Positions 17,592 through 27,191 are shown, counted from the first letter of the stretch. The stretch: 64,000 nucleotides of DNA from Oscillospiraceae bacterium (GCA_015064955.1 SVRD01000006.1:40714-104713), one strand, 5' to 3'. Notes: generated from the sequence alone by a model not told the origin. Translations and numbers: made by a program.

Positions 17592-17689
17592 GTGTGCACA
17601 CGGGTTTGTAATAACCAACCGTCTGGCCAAAACGGTTTGTAACTACCAACCTCTGATGTTAGTCTATAACAACCAACCAAATTTGTCAA
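17592..17689 (-). promoter_or_regulatory. blaI-like promoter/operator region with a 10-bp palindrome and three direct repeats
   Basis: Minus-strand TTGACA (17689-17684), 17-nt spacer, TAGACT (17666-17661). Repeats are GGTTTGTAATAACCAACC (17603-17620), GGTTTGTAACTACCAACC (17634-17651) and AGTCTATAACAACCAACC (17661-17678). Perfect palindrome GTGTGCACAC at 17592-17601. Confidence 0.5.
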
Positions 17690-17732
17690 CCCCTTTTTTG
17701 AAAAAAGATAGAAAAATTTTAATTGGCAAAGA

Positions 17733-17761
17733 TTGACAGCCTTTTGTTACTATGTTACTAT
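17733..17761 (+). promoter_or_regulatory. promoter of the GH20 gene
   Basis: TTGACA (17733-17738), 17-nt spacer, TACTAT (17756-17761). AAGGAG RBS before the ATG at 17792. Confidence 0.55.
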
Positions 17762-17791
17762 AAATACATAAACGTATAAAGGAGAAATGTC

Positions 17792-20587
17792 ATGAAAAAA
17801 ATCATTTCTTTCCTCATGACTGCTTTGCTTATGAGTATATCCGCCATTTCGTTTATATCGGTCGAAGCTAATAGCGATTCAGCCCCTTCTGTCATTCCCG
17901 CAATCCGTGAATGGCAGGGAAGCAACGGCAGATTTGTACCGGATCAAAATACCGTTCTTGTGAATTTGCCATACTCTTCCTCGGTAGAAAAGATCAAGAC
18001 ATTCTTTTCCGAGATGGTTTCGCTTGATCTCGAAATCGATAATACCGAAAGCGGAAGCAATGAAATAGTATTTGCTCTCGATTCCTCTCTATATAAAAAG
18101 GTCGGCAACGAGGGCTATACCATCGAAGCGACCGAGTCTGCTATAAAAATCTCCGCGCCGACAGAAATCGGCTTGCTTTACGGCGGCATTTCTGTTGTTC
18201 AAAGCGTCACAGCCGACGGCTTTTTTCCTTGCGGCAGCGCAGTCGACTATCCCGCATTTCCCGTTCGTTCGGGTATGATAGACGTCGGCAGAGCCTGGAT
18301 ACCGCTCGATTATGTCAATGAAATCACTCGTTATATGGCTTACTATAAGCTTAACGAGGTCCATCTTCATATAAACGACGACGGTGAAAACGGTTATTCG
18401 GGATTCCGTCTTGAAAGCGATGTCAAAGGCCTTGCGTCCGAGGACGGCTATTATACAAAGGACGAATACCGCGCTTACCAAAAGGAAATGCTCGAATACG
18501 GTATATCGGTCGTAACCGAAATAGATACTCCGTTCCATTCAAGCTGCTATGCAAAGGCGGAAAATCCGCCCCCTTATCTCCCCGGAAATAAGCGCTGTCT
18601 CGACGTTTCAAAACCCGAAACACTCGAGTTTGTGAAAAACCTTTTTGCCGAGTATATGACGGGCGACGATCCTGTTTTTGTCGGCAAGGTCGTGCATATC
18701 GGAACCGACGAATACCCGCGCGAATACGCCGAGGAAATGCGCGCCTATACAAACGCACTTATCGAATATGTTAATTCCTTGGGCTATACCCCTCGCTTTT
18801 GGGGCGGTCTCGGACCCGACGGCTTCCAAGGCACCACCCCTATGTCCGAAAACGCCCAAATGAACTATTGGGACAACGGCATTTCGGGCTTGAAGGAAAC
18901 GCTTGACAGCAATTACGACTTTGTCAATACCGTAAATGCGATTCTTTATACCGTTCCGACAACGAACTATTCGTTCCCCGATTACTTTGATCTAAAGACA
19001 CTTTATAATATGTGGCAGGTAAATATGTTCTCGTTGGACGGGAGCGCGAAATGCGAGCCTGACGATGAACGCCTGCTCGGAGCCTGCTTTGCACTCTGGA
19101 ACGATCTTCACACCGCGTATAAGGGCGTAACCCGCTTTGATATATTCGATAGATTACGCGGAATGGTTTGCCTTATATCCGAAAAAACCTGGTGCGGTCT
19201 CGATACAGCAAGCGTCGGCTATGAAAGCTTCAAATCACGCTACGATAAGCTGTCTCTGCGCGCGGGTGATGCCGACCCGGGTCGGCATTCGCTGTCCGAT
19301 GAAGGTATCACAGTTGATTTTGAGTCCGACTTTTCGGAAATCACAAACGGCGGTAAGGTCGAAAACGGAAAATATATTCTTGACGGTGAATCATATATTT
19401 CGCTCGAGAATTTGCTTTCTGCTTCTTCCGTCGGATTCCCAAATACGCTTGAATTTGAAATTTGCCTTGATGAAGAAACAGATTTTCCGATCTTTTCGGG
19501 TGACGGCGTGCAGATTTTTGCCAATGCCGACGGAAAGGGCAATTTCGGCTTCAAGACCGAGGTTTATACATTTACTTATGATTATAAGCTTCCTATCGGC
19601 GAAAATGTTAAGATACGTTTGAGCAGCGATTTGAAAACAACCTATCTAACCGTAAACGATGCACTGTCATATTCTCCCCAAAACAGTCTTAACCCGCAAA
19701 ATACTAAGCTTTCTACTCTTACAATCCCGATAAGCGAAATCGGCAAGGGGATAAAGGGAACTATCGACAATATCAAAATCACACCTACTGCCGTAAACCC
19801 CGCGACTATTCTTGCCAACTATAATATTGCATTGAACTGCAAAACCTCGGTTTCGGGATTGGAGGTAAATGACGGCAGATTCACGTCGTCGCTTGCAGTT
19901 GACGGCGACGAAGCAACGCGCCTTTCGTTTGCAAGGGACAAGGACGAGCAATGGCTTCTTCTCGATCTCGGTGATGTTTACGATATCGCAAGAATAGAGA
20001 TAGTATTCTTCGAGCACGTTTCCGAATACGAGATTTACGTTTCGGAGGACGGCGCGCAATTTACCAAGGTTTACAGCCTTTCAAACGGAGCAGAGCAGGT
20101 AAAACAAACCGATAATATCGTTCTCGAGAATTCGGCAAAGGGACGATATATAAAATACGTTCAGCTCAAACGCTGGTATATGCCCGATTGGAATACCTAT
20201 TACAGCGGCGGCATTTCGGAGTTTCGCGCATATTCGTTCAATGAGCAAAAGTATCATACTTTACTCAAGGATGCGCTTTCTTTCCTTCAGAATACCGAAA
20301 AGAACGACCCTCGACGCGCGACAGTAAAGGAAATGATTTTCGAGCTCGAAAACCTTCTTGCCGAAAAGGACGTGTTTATAGCAAACGCAGAGTTTTATTA
20401 TAACGAACTGCAAACCGCTATGAATACACCGATCATAGAAACCGAATCCTCTGTTACGGAAGTATCGGAATCGGCAAAACCCGAAAATAACACCGGTAAT
20501 AAGTGGCTTATTGCAACTCTCGTTGCCGCGGCTGTTGCCGTTATCGGCACTGCAGTCGTTTTTATTAAAAAGAAAAGGAAAAAGTGA
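17792..20587 (+). CDS. beta-N-acetylhexosaminidase (GH20) with a discoidin-like domain and C-terminal membrane anchor
   Basis: 931 aa with a signal peptide. GH20 core has LHINDDG and HIGTDEY motifs. F5/8-type-C-like region (LAVDGDEATRLSFA...WLLLDLG). C-terminal TM helix followed by KKKRKK. Confidence 0.85.
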   Translation: MKKIISFLMTALLMSISAISFISVEANSDSAPSVIPAIREWQGSNGRFVPDQNTVLVNLPYSSSVEKIKTFFSEMVSLDLEIDNTESGSNEIVFALDSSLYKKVGNEGYTIEATESAIKISAPTEIGLLYGGISVVQSVTADGFFPCGSAVDYPAFPVRSGMIDVGRAWIPLDYVNEITRYMAYYKLNEVHLHINDDGENGYSGFRLESDVKGLASEDGYYTKDEYRAYQKEMLEYGISVVTEIDTPFHSSCYAKAENPPPYLPGNKRCLDVSKPETLEFVKNLFAEYMTGDDPVFVGKVVHIGTDEYPREYAEEMRAYTNALIEYVNSLGYTPRFWGGLGPDGFQGTTPMSENAQMNYWDNGISGLKETLDSNYDFVNTVNAILYTVPTTNYSFPDYFDLKTLYNMWQVNMFSLDGSAKCEPDDERLLGACFALWNDLHTAYKGVTRFDIFDRLRGMVCLISEKTWCGLDTASVGYESFKSRYDKLSLRAGDADPGRHSLSDEGITVDFESDFSEITNGGKVENGKYILDGESYISLENLLSASSVGFPNTLEFEICLDEETDFPIFSGDGVQIFANADGKGNFGFKTEVYTFTYDYKLPIGENVKIRLSSDLKTTYLTVNDALSYSPQNSLNPQNTKLSTLTIPISEIGKGIKGTIDNIKITPTAVNPATILANYNIALNCKTSVSGLEVNDGRFTSSLAVDGDEATRLSFARDKDEQWLLLDLGDVYDIARIEIVFFEHVSEYEIYVSEDGAQFTKVYSLSNGAEQVKQTDNIVLENSAKGRYIKYVQLKRWYMPDWNTYYSGGISEFRAYSFNEQKYHTLLKDALSFLQNTEKNDPRRATVKEMIFELENLLAEKDVFIANAEFYYNELQTAMNTPIIETESSVTEVSESAKPENNTGNKWLIATLVAAAVAVIGTAVVFIKKKRKK

Positions 20588-20973
20588 TTATGGAAAATCA
20601 TATTGCTACGGTAACCGAAGCCGTCACTGAATCAAATACCGCGATATCGGTCGGAAGCGGAAGCTTAAAGGTCTATGCAACTCCTGCGATGCTTGCGTTG
20701 ATCGAGAAAGCGGCGTGCAAGGCAATTGAAAATGCATTGAATGAAGGCGAAACAAGCGTCGGCACACTTCTTAACGTAAAGCATCTTGCCGCAACCCCTG
20801 TCGGAATGCAGGTCGAAGCAACAGCCGAGCTTTTAGAGCGCGACGGCCGCAAGCTCACGTTTGCTGTCAAGGCTTATGACGAATGCGGACTTATCGGAGA
20901 GGGAACACACGAACGCTTTATCGTATATTCCGAAAAATTCACCGAAAAGACCTATTCAAAGTTGAATAAATAA
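20584..20973 (+). CDS. hotdog-fold thioesterase family protein
   Basis: 129 aa. I recognise it as the small thioesterase-superfamily type (GSGSLKVYATPAMLALIE...). The start could instead be the ATG at 20590. Confidence 0.6.
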   Translation: MIMENHIATVTEAVTESNTAISVGSGSLKVYATPAMLALIEKAACKAIENALNEGETSVGTLLNVKHLAATPVGMQVEATAELLERDGRKLTFAVKAYDECGLIGEGTHERFIVYSEKFTEKTYSKLNK

Positions 20974-20976
20974 ATT

Positions 20977-21006
20977 AAAAAAGTGACAGTAAATGTCACT
21001 TTTTTA
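20977..21006. terminator. bidirectional terminator hairpin
   Basis: Stem aagtgaca/tgtcactt is flanked by A and T runs. It overlaps the stop of the convergent GHL10 gene. Confidence 0.7.
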
Positions 21007-22267
21007 ATTCAATACAAAAGGCTTTGTGTTCTTCTTCCGTATATTTATTGACTTCTGCCGTGAGCGGATCATAAAAGGATGAATATGTAAAAATACAGAC
21101 ACCCTCGCAATCAGAATTCTTGATCATCTGCAGTGAACGCAAGAGAATGTCCTTGTTGTCGCGCCATTCATATTTCCCACCGCTACCCGCATATTCGTCG
21201 GGCTCGCCCATTGAACCCGCTTCGCATTTTGCCGCAGAAAGCCCGATGATCATTTGTATTCTTTCGTTCTTCAAAGCGCTTATCCAGTCGGAAAGCACCT
21301 TTTCAAAGGGACAGGTCGAATTTTCAAAGCCGTAATAAAGCTGGGGCATTATATAATCAATATATCCGTCGCTCGAAAGCCACTTATATATATCAACGTA
21401 CCAGCCGTTTTCCAAAGAATAGATATTTCCCGCAGGTGCGATACCGAACTTCTTGTTTTCGTAGCAGTGCACCGCCTTATATAATGCAGTGATCGTTCGG
21501 TTTATGCTCTCACGCCTGAACTCACCCAAATCGTTGTATTCGGATTCATTAAATTCGTTTGAATCATCAAATTCAAATTCGGTCGGATAAAAGTAATCAT
21601 CGAGGTGGATACCGTCGAAATCGTATTTGTCGAGTATTTCCTTCGCTCCGTCAACGATCAAGCCTGTTGCCTCGCTGTACGATGGGTCGAGATAAAGCAA
21701 GCCGTCGCTTCCGAGCTCTATCCGCTTTCCGATACCCTCGTTATACCATTCGTAAAGTATTCCTTTGCCGTGCAGCAAAAGCTCACTTTGCTTGCAAAGC
21801 CGAAAAGGATTTATCCAGGCGTGCACCGATATCGAATGTTTTTTTGCAATCTCGAGAAAAATCCCAACCGCATCGTATTCGATATTTCCGCCGTAAGTCC
21901 CCGCGATGTATTTCGATGTCGGGTAAATCTCGCTTTCGTACATACTGTCGCCGTTTGGGCGTATCTGCAAAAACACCGTGTTAAAGCCGTCGCACACAAG
22001 GTTGTCCATCATATTTTCGATTAGATTTCGGTATTCGCCGATATCTCTCTGCTTGTTGCCGTCTCGAAATATCGGGTGCATATCAAATTGTGATATCCAG
22101 ATACCTTTTGTGAATTGTTTTCCGTTTTCAACCAAGGAAGCCGAAAGGTCAAGATAAACAACTCTGTATTCAGTTTCGTGAGCGCTTATTTGTGCTTCAG
22201 GATTTATTGATTCGGGACTGCAGGAGCATAAGAATATAAAGCTTATAATCAGTATTATTGTCTTCAT
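20996..22267 (-). CDS. glycoside hydrolase-like family 10 (GHL10) lipoprotein
   Basis: 423 aa. Lipobox IFLCSC. GIWISQFDM, NTVFLQIRPNGDSMY and HAWINPFR are typical of the GHL10/YngK family. Confidence 0.75.
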   Translation of the reverse strand: MKTIILIISFIFLCSCSPESINPEAQISAHETEYRVVYLDLSASLVENGKQFTKGIWISQFDMHPIFRDGNKQRDIGEYRNLIENMMDNLVCDGFNTVFLQIRPNGDSMYESEIYPTSKYIAGTYGGNIEYDAVGIFLEIAKKHSISVHAWINPFRLCKQSELLLHGKGILYEWYNEGIGKRIELGSDGLLYLDPSYSEATGLIVDGAKEILDKYDFDGIHLDDYFYPTEFEFDDSNEFNESEYNDLGEFRRESINRTITALYKAVHCYENKKFGIAPAGNIYSLENGWYVDIYKWLSSDGYIDYIMPQLYYGFENSTCPFEKVLSDWISALKNERIQMIIGLSAAKCEAGSMGEPDEYAGSGGKYEWRDNKDILLRSLQMIKNSDCEGVCIFTYSSFYDPLTAEVNKYTEEEHKAFCIELKK

Positions 22268-22375
22268 TGTTTTTCACCCATAACGATTCTATTACGCAGG
22301 GCGAAAAATAATGACTTATTGCAAAACGATTTTTAATATGTTATTATTAATAAACAGAAAGGGAGGCGGAGTATC

Positions 22376-23518
22376 TTGTTACCGAAAAACGCGGAATTAA
22401 TAATAAATATGTTCAACGATGCAGGATACGAAGCCTATGCCGTCGGCGGATATATGCGCGATAAGCTTCTCGGCAGGAATTCCGACGATATCGACATTAC
22501 GACAAACGCACTGCCCGAGCAAACAAAGTCGGTTTTTAGCGGTTTTAGCGTACTCGAAACGGGTATAAAACATGGCACCGTTACAATACTTATCGACCAT
22601 ACGCCGTATGAGGTAACTACTTATCGCACCGATGGCGAATATACCGATTCACGACATCCGGACAACGTGGAATTCGTGCGTGATGTAAAGACCGACCTCG
22701 CAAGACGCGATTTCACTATGAACGCGATCGCATATTCGCACCGTACCGGCTATCTCGATTTCTTCGGCGGATTCGAGGATATTAAGAAAAAGATAATACG
22801 CACCGTCGGTGACCCATACAAACGTTTTTCCGAGGACGCACTGCGAATCCTGCGAGCGCTTAGATTTTCGTCTGTACTCGGCTTTGCAATCGAGGAAAAT
22901 ACCCAAAAAGCAATATTTGATCTTGCGGATAACATTGCTCTCGTGGCCCCCGAGCGCATATTTACAGAGCTTAAAAAGCTTCTTTGCGGAGATAATGCAT
23001 ACGCGGTTTTAAAAGAGTATGCCGCGGTTTTAAACAGAGTGATCAAGCTGAACGGGGAAGTTGACAATATTTCAAAGCTCCCGAAAGATCATTCAATGCG
23101 GTTTGCTTACGTATGCGGAGCTTCGGTTGGCGAATCTCTTCGCTTTTTGCGTGCCGACAATCAAACAAAGCATATCTGCAAAATGTTGGTCGATTCCGAA
23201 CCGATTCCGAATGATATAACCGATTGCCGCATATATTGCTCGAAACTTGGCAGAGAATATTCGCGCATCGTTTTCGATTATCGCAAATCGTTGTATAATG
23301 AAGATCAATCGGGAATATGCGAATTTGTTTTGGAAAACGATAAATGCTTGTCGGTGTCCGAGCTTGATATAAACGGAAACGATCTTATGGGCATCTGCAT
23401 AAGCGGAAAGAATATCCGAGTTGTTCTTAATGAATTGTTACTTTGTGTGTTAACCGATAAAATAGAGAATAAAAAAGAATCTTTACTGCTGAAAGCGAAA
23501 GATATTGACATTCGTTGA
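22376..23518 (+). CDS. cca: CCA tRNA nucleotidyltransferase
   Basis: 380 aa with a TTG start after GGGAGG. Contains the AVGGYMRDKLLG...DDIDITT nucleotidyltransferase motif. Confidence 0.8.
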   Translation: MLPKNAELIINMFNDAGYEAYAVGGYMRDKLLGRNSDDIDITTNALPEQTKSVFSGFSVLETGIKHGTVTILIDHTPYEVTTYRTDGEYTDSRHPDNVEFVRDVKTDLARRDFTMNAIAYSHRTGYLDFFGGFEDIKKKIIRTVGDPYKRFSEDALRILRALRFSSVLGFAIEENTQKAIFDLADNIALVAPERIFTELKKLLCGDNAYAVLKEYAAVLNRVIKLNGEVDNISKLPKDHSMRFAYVCGASVGESLRFLRADNQTKHICKMLVDSEPIPNDITDCRIYCSKLGREYSRIVFDYRKSLYNEDQSGICEFVLENDKCLSVSELDINGNDLMGICISGKNIRVVLNELLLCVLTDKIENKKESLLLKAKDIDIR

Positions 23519-23532
23519 AAAAAATGATATAA
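23505..23532 (+). promoter_or_regulatory. promoter of tRNA-Thr
   Basis: TTGACA (23505-23510), 16-nt spacer with an extended -10 TG, TATAAT (23527-23532). It lies inside the 3-prime end of cca. Confidence 0.7.
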
Positions 23533-23562
23533 TCCCTCTTGCGCCTGCAAATGCGGGTGCTG

Positions 23563-23637
23563 TGCTGGTGTGGCGCAGGGGTAGCGCAATTGATTCGTAA
23601 TCAATAGGCCGAGGGTTCAAATCCCTCCACCAGCTCC
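23563..23637 (+). tRNA. tRNA-Thr (anticodon CGT)
   Basis: Manual cloverleaf: acceptor GCTGGTG/CACCAGC, D arm GCGC-AGGGGTA-GCGC, anticodon arm ATTGA-TTCGTAA-TCAAT, T arm GAGGG-TTCAAAT-CCCTC, encoded CCA. 75 nt. Confidence 0.9.
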
Positions 23638-23642
23638 ATAAC

Positions 23643-23676
23643 AAAAAAGAACCGTACTTTTGTACGGTTCTTTTTA
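23643..23676. terminator. bidirectional terminator after tRNA-Thr
   Basis: Stem aagaaccgtac/gtacggttctt with a TTTT loop, flanked by A and T runs. Confidence 0.8.
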
Positions 23677-23678
23677 AA

Positions 23679-24707
23679 TTAAACATAGCTTATAAAACGT
23701 TTGCAGCGTCTTGCAAAGAATGCCTCGATGTTGTTGTTCTTCAACGGCAAAAGTACACCGATTGCAATCAAGAGCACGATCGTCACCGCGATACTGCCCT
23801 CGGGACCAAAATCACCGCCGCTGAAAAGTGCGTTTCCGCTCAATGCGGTGTTGAAAACAGACGCGGTGCTTGAAATACCGCTCACATTACAGCCGTATAT
23901 GCACCCCTGCGCGAAATTCCATACCGTGTGAATTGCGCATATCCCCCAAATTGTGCCACGGCGGAGGAAGTATAACGCCGCGAACGCACCGAAGAGAAAG
24001 ATGTTAATTAGTGCAATCGGTCCGATTCCGTAGTTGGAAAGGTGAATGAACGCAAAGAACGCAGAGCTCGATAAAAGCGCGGTAAGCGTACTGCTGTTTG
24101 CGGAAAGCGATACGAAAAAGAAACCGCGAAGCAGTATTTCCTCACTCGCTCCCTGCACAATATATGCGGCGAAGAAGAGCAGTATCGTTTCCCAGCTTAC
24201 GTTAACGTTGAACCCCTTGAATTCGGCGTTGCCGCTTAAAAGAATAATAACGTATGCGGCGGAAAACATTATAAATCCGATAAGAATACCGCCGAGATAT
24301 TCTTTTATTGCGCCTCTTGTCGCAAATCCCATTGTAAAAAGTCTGCGTCTTTCGATACATTGGCAATAGAAGCATACAATAAAAATAATAGCAGAAGTCG
24401 AAAACAGATTTACTATCGAAAGACAGTGCGGATTGGCAGCGTTGATGCTTTTGATAGTTGTAAGCATAGCCTCTTGCAGCTGCTCAGTTGTAGCATCGGG
24501 CGAGCTGAAAAGATTCATTGTTTCGGCATCGCGCGTCATTTCATTGTATATTGGGAGCATTTGTATAAACGAGGTTGCGAACGAAGCAATAAAATATACC
24601 ATCAAGCAGGTAAACAGAACCGAAATAAACGTACGCTTTCTCGTTGTATGAGCGGTCTCGTCGATTGCAGAGGTCGAGCCGATCAATTTATTAAGCATTT
24701 TTTTCAT
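23679..24707 (-). CDS. CPBP family intramembrane glutamic endopeptidase (CAAX protease-like)
   Basis: Polytopic. Contains the EEILLRGFFF motif and FAFIHL. The likely start is the second ATG (MKKML) at 24707, after an AAGGA RBS; the tracked start is 24716. Confidence 0.75.
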   Translation of the reverse strand: MKKMLNKLIGSTSAIDETAHTTRKRTFISVLFTCLMVYFIASFATSFIQMLPIYNEMTRDAETMNLFSSPDATTEQLQEAMLTTIKSINAANPHCLSIVNLFSTSAIIFIVCFYCQCIERRRLFTMGFATRGAIKEYLGGILIGFIMFSAAYVIILLSGNAEFKGFNVNVSWETILLFFAAYIVQGASEEILLRGFFFVSLSANSSTLTALLSSSAFFAFIHLSNYGIGPIALINIFLFGAFAALYFLRRGTIWGICAIHTVWNFAQGCIYGCNVSGISSTASVFNTALSGNALFSGGDFGPEGSIAVTIVLLIAIGVLLPLKNNNIEAFFARRCKRFISYV

Positions 24708-24789
24708 CAGAATCATCCTTTTGAAAGCTTTCTGTTATTGTATCATAACAGAAATTAATAGTCAACCGAATATCTTGAATAAAAAGTAC

Positions 24790-24818
24790 TTGCAAATTCA
24801 AAAAATGTGTGATATAAT
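24790..24818 (+). promoter_or_regulatory. promoter of tRNA-Leu
   Basis: TTGCAA (24790-24795), 17-nt spacer, TATAAT (24813-24818). Confidence 0.7.
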
Positions 24819-24850
24819 ACACTTCGCGTGGTAAAAACGCATCAATAATT

Positions 24851-24937
24851 GCCGGAATGATGGAATTGGCAGACGTGCTGGACTCAAAATCCAGTGGTAG
24901 CGATACCGTGCGGGTTCGACCCCCGCTTCCGGCACCA
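24851..24937 (+). tRNA. tRNA-Leu (anticodon CAA), class II with long variable arm
   Basis: Acceptor GCCGGAA/TTCCGGC, anticodon arm CTGGA-CTCAAAA-TCCAG, variable arm GGTAGCGATACC, T arm GCGGG-TTCGACC-CCCGC, encoded CCA. 87 nt. Confidence 0.9.
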
Positions 24938-24938
24938 G

Positions 24939-24975
24939 AAAAGTCTCCAAGTTATATACTTGGAGACTTTTGCTT
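24939..24975 (+). terminator. terminator after tRNA-Leu
   Basis: Perfect 12-bp stem aaagtctccaag/cttggagacttt with a 7-nt loop. Confidence 0.8.
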
Positions 24976-25335
24976 GTTACGGGTTGGCACCAACACTCCC
25001 GAAAACGGCAGATTTTCTATGCCCCGTCTGGTTTTGGGAATTGTTCGACACTCGTTATGTTACTGTTGTGAGTGCCGTTGGTAATGTTAATTTTGATATT
25101 ATATATGTACTGGCAAAACACAATTCTCCAGAAATCCAGTTTTCCAAGTATAATAGAGTAATATTAAACTTCCGAAACTTTTTCTTCGAAAGTTTTGATG
25201 TTTTTGGGAATCATAAACGAAAACTGTATATATGCGTATTATCGATGTGTTTGATATATTGAAAAGTCAATCGATATATGTTAAACTAATGCGAAAGTAG
25301 AAGAAATGAAGTAATACCACGATAAAGGATAAGAT

Positions 25336-26376
25336 ATGAATTTTACATTTAATGATTATATACTTGATGTGGATATTGAAAAAATGAAAAGTGTTATTCT
25401 GAAAAACTACAAATGCCAATGTGCAATTTGCAAAGCTTTTAGAGAATATGCGGACACTTTAGATGAAAATATAACAGCCAAATTGATTGCCTTGGGTGTT
25501 AATATAGAACGTCCTGATGAGGTTTTTGACATAGGCGAGGATGAAAACCAAAATGTTTGCTATTCCGGGTGGTGGAATATTTACGGGAAGATTCTAACAA
25601 AATCCCAAACACCTTACCAAATATCCGACGGCTTTGAGCTAACCTTCTGTGACGATAGCCAATATGCTCCGCGGTGGTTTCAAGGTAGTGACTATTTTCA
25701 AATGCGTTTTTTAATTCGCAAAAGCCAGCTAAAAAGAATTGGGAAGAAATATCAAGTAGGCGACAAAACAGTATTTTCTTACCATATAGGCGATAATGCT
25801 TGTGCAAATATGTATAATCTTATTGGCGGAAAGATTTTCAAGATTTATTCCGATAGTATTATAAAAAACGATGCTCAAATAAAGTGCCATAATGTGGAGA
25901 TTTTCATAGAAAACGAATCCCGTTATCAAAAGCTTTCACTTTCTGTATCGCGGGATTTAGATACCTGCTTTGATGGTATAGACCGAATGGCGCTAACACT
26001 TGATAGCGTTAACATTGACTCCACCGAAGCAGAGCTATTGCTACAAGATGATATCATTTCTTGCTCGATGGGAAAAATCAAATGTATTAAAGTTTTTGAA
26101 AGTACAATCGAGGGTGAAAACGACAAGGTTGTTTATGATTCTCACATCGTCATCGAGGACGACTTAGGGAAGAAACTTATCTTTCGTGCAGAGCCCGACG
26201 GTGAAGAAGTGATGACGGTTTTCACTGACATAGATGATAATGACGTAGAAAAATATCTTCGCGTTTCGGATACTTGGTTTGTAAATGACGATTCGGCTTT
26301 TTATGAAAACAACGAGATAGACGGCGTGAAGAATTGTTACAAAACCGAAACGAAACTTAGAGTTTTTGTGATGTAG
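25336..26376 (+). CDS. hypothetical protein (island cargo 1)
   Basis: 346 aa. AAAGGATAAG RBS. Acidic, with no signal peptide, TM helix or catalytic motif that I recognise. N-terminal CQCAIC cluster. Markedly AT-rich. Confidence 0.6.
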   Translation: MNFTFNDYILDVDIEKMKSVILKNYKCQCAICKAFREYADTLDENITAKLIALGVNIERPDEVFDIGEDENQNVCYSGWWNIYGKILTKSQTPYQISDGFELTFCDDSQYAPRWFQGSDYFQMRFLIRKSQLKRIGKKYQVGDKTVFSYHIGDNACANMYNLIGGKIFKIYSDSIIKNDAQIKCHNVEIFIENESRYQKLSLSVSRDLDTCFDGIDRMALTLDSVNIDSTEAELLLQDDIISCSMGKIKCIKVFESTIEGENDKVVYDSHIVIEDDLGKKLIFRAEPDGEEVMTVFTDIDDNDVEKYLRVSDTWFVNDDSAFYENNEIDGVKNCYKTETKLRVFVM

Positions 26377-26442
26377 AGTGGAGAGATGAAGGAGATGATG
26401 GAAATTTAATAACACAAAGAATTATTAATGAGGGGGATTTTA

Positions 26443-26994
26443 ATGAAATTCGATTTTGAGAAACTATCTAAAGAAGATTCGCACAAGATAAGGCAAAACT
26501 TCATTGATATGTTTGTCGATACATCTCATGATCTTTTTGTAAAGTATATACGGGATGTTAAAGCCGATGATATTTGGGAAGGTTATGGGCATATTGCGTC
26601 GTATTTGTTTGCCTGTTTAAAAAATAGTGTAAGTCATAAGGAATATACTAGTAAGGCGTTTGAATATTTGAATGGATTGAATAACAATGATACTCTCTTT
26701 GTTATGTTTGATGTTCGTCCCGCAAAACGAATTTATCCCGATGGTTGCCGTTCGATTGCTGAGCCATACACGAAATACTTTGATTCTGATATGGTTTTGA
26801 GAATTAAGGCAGATGATTTGTATAACGTTTTAATGCATGATTATAACAGTCCTGTGGGAAATCAGATATTTGGTGAAGATGTGTATGTGTTCGAGCCATC
26901 ATTTAAATGGTATATTGCTTTTACTCATAATTCTTTCGTAGATGATCAGGGAAGCGAATGTGGTCAGTATTGCTATTCTAATATAACATTATGA
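26443..26994 (+). CDS. hypothetical protein (island cargo 2)
   Basis: 183 aa from the ATG at 26443, after a GAGGGGGA RBS; the tracked start at 26428 overlaps the RBS. Cytoplasmic, with no recognised domain. AT-rich. Confidence 0.55.
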   Translation: MKFDFEKLSKEDSHKIRQNFIDMFVDTSHDLFVKYIRDVKADDIWEGYGHIASYLFACLKNSVSHKEYTSKAFEYLNGLNNNDTLFVMFDVRPAKRIYPDGCRSIAEPYTKYFDSDMVLRIKADDLYNVLMHDYNSPVGNQIFGEDVYVFEPSFKWYIAFTHNSFVDDQGSECGQYCYSNITL

Positions 26995-27054
26995 CTACAA
27001 GCGAAAACGTTGTTTTTAATTTACAATCGAAAGATGAATGTCGGTCACCACGTA

Positions 27055-27105
27055 CTTCCGGCACCACGAAACTCCCCAAGCTATATGCATGGGGGGTTGT
27101 TTTTG
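27055..27105 (+). repeat. att-like copy A: tRNA-Leu 3-prime 12-mer plus a diverged copy of its terminator
   Basis: cttccggcacca at 27055-27066 is identical to 24926-24937. The following cgaaactccccaagctatatgcatgggggg is homologous to gaaaagtctccaagttatatacttggag and is followed by a T-run. Confidence 0.65.
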
Positions 27106-27191
27106 CGTTTATATACGAGGGACGAAGGGCGCGTGTTGAATGACAGTCCGGGGGACTGTCAGACCGCGCCACCGCTCCGACCGCAGTCGGG

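Noticed and set aside
23483-23686. A 67-aa minus-strand ORF.
   Set aside because: It is the reverse complement of tRNA-Thr and its terminator.
24857-25262. ORFs of 75 and 122 aa overlapping tRNA-Leu and its terminator, including a Cys-rich 21-aa tail peptide starting near 25021.
   Set aside because: They begin inside the tRNA gene, lack RBSs, and run through a terminator hairpin.
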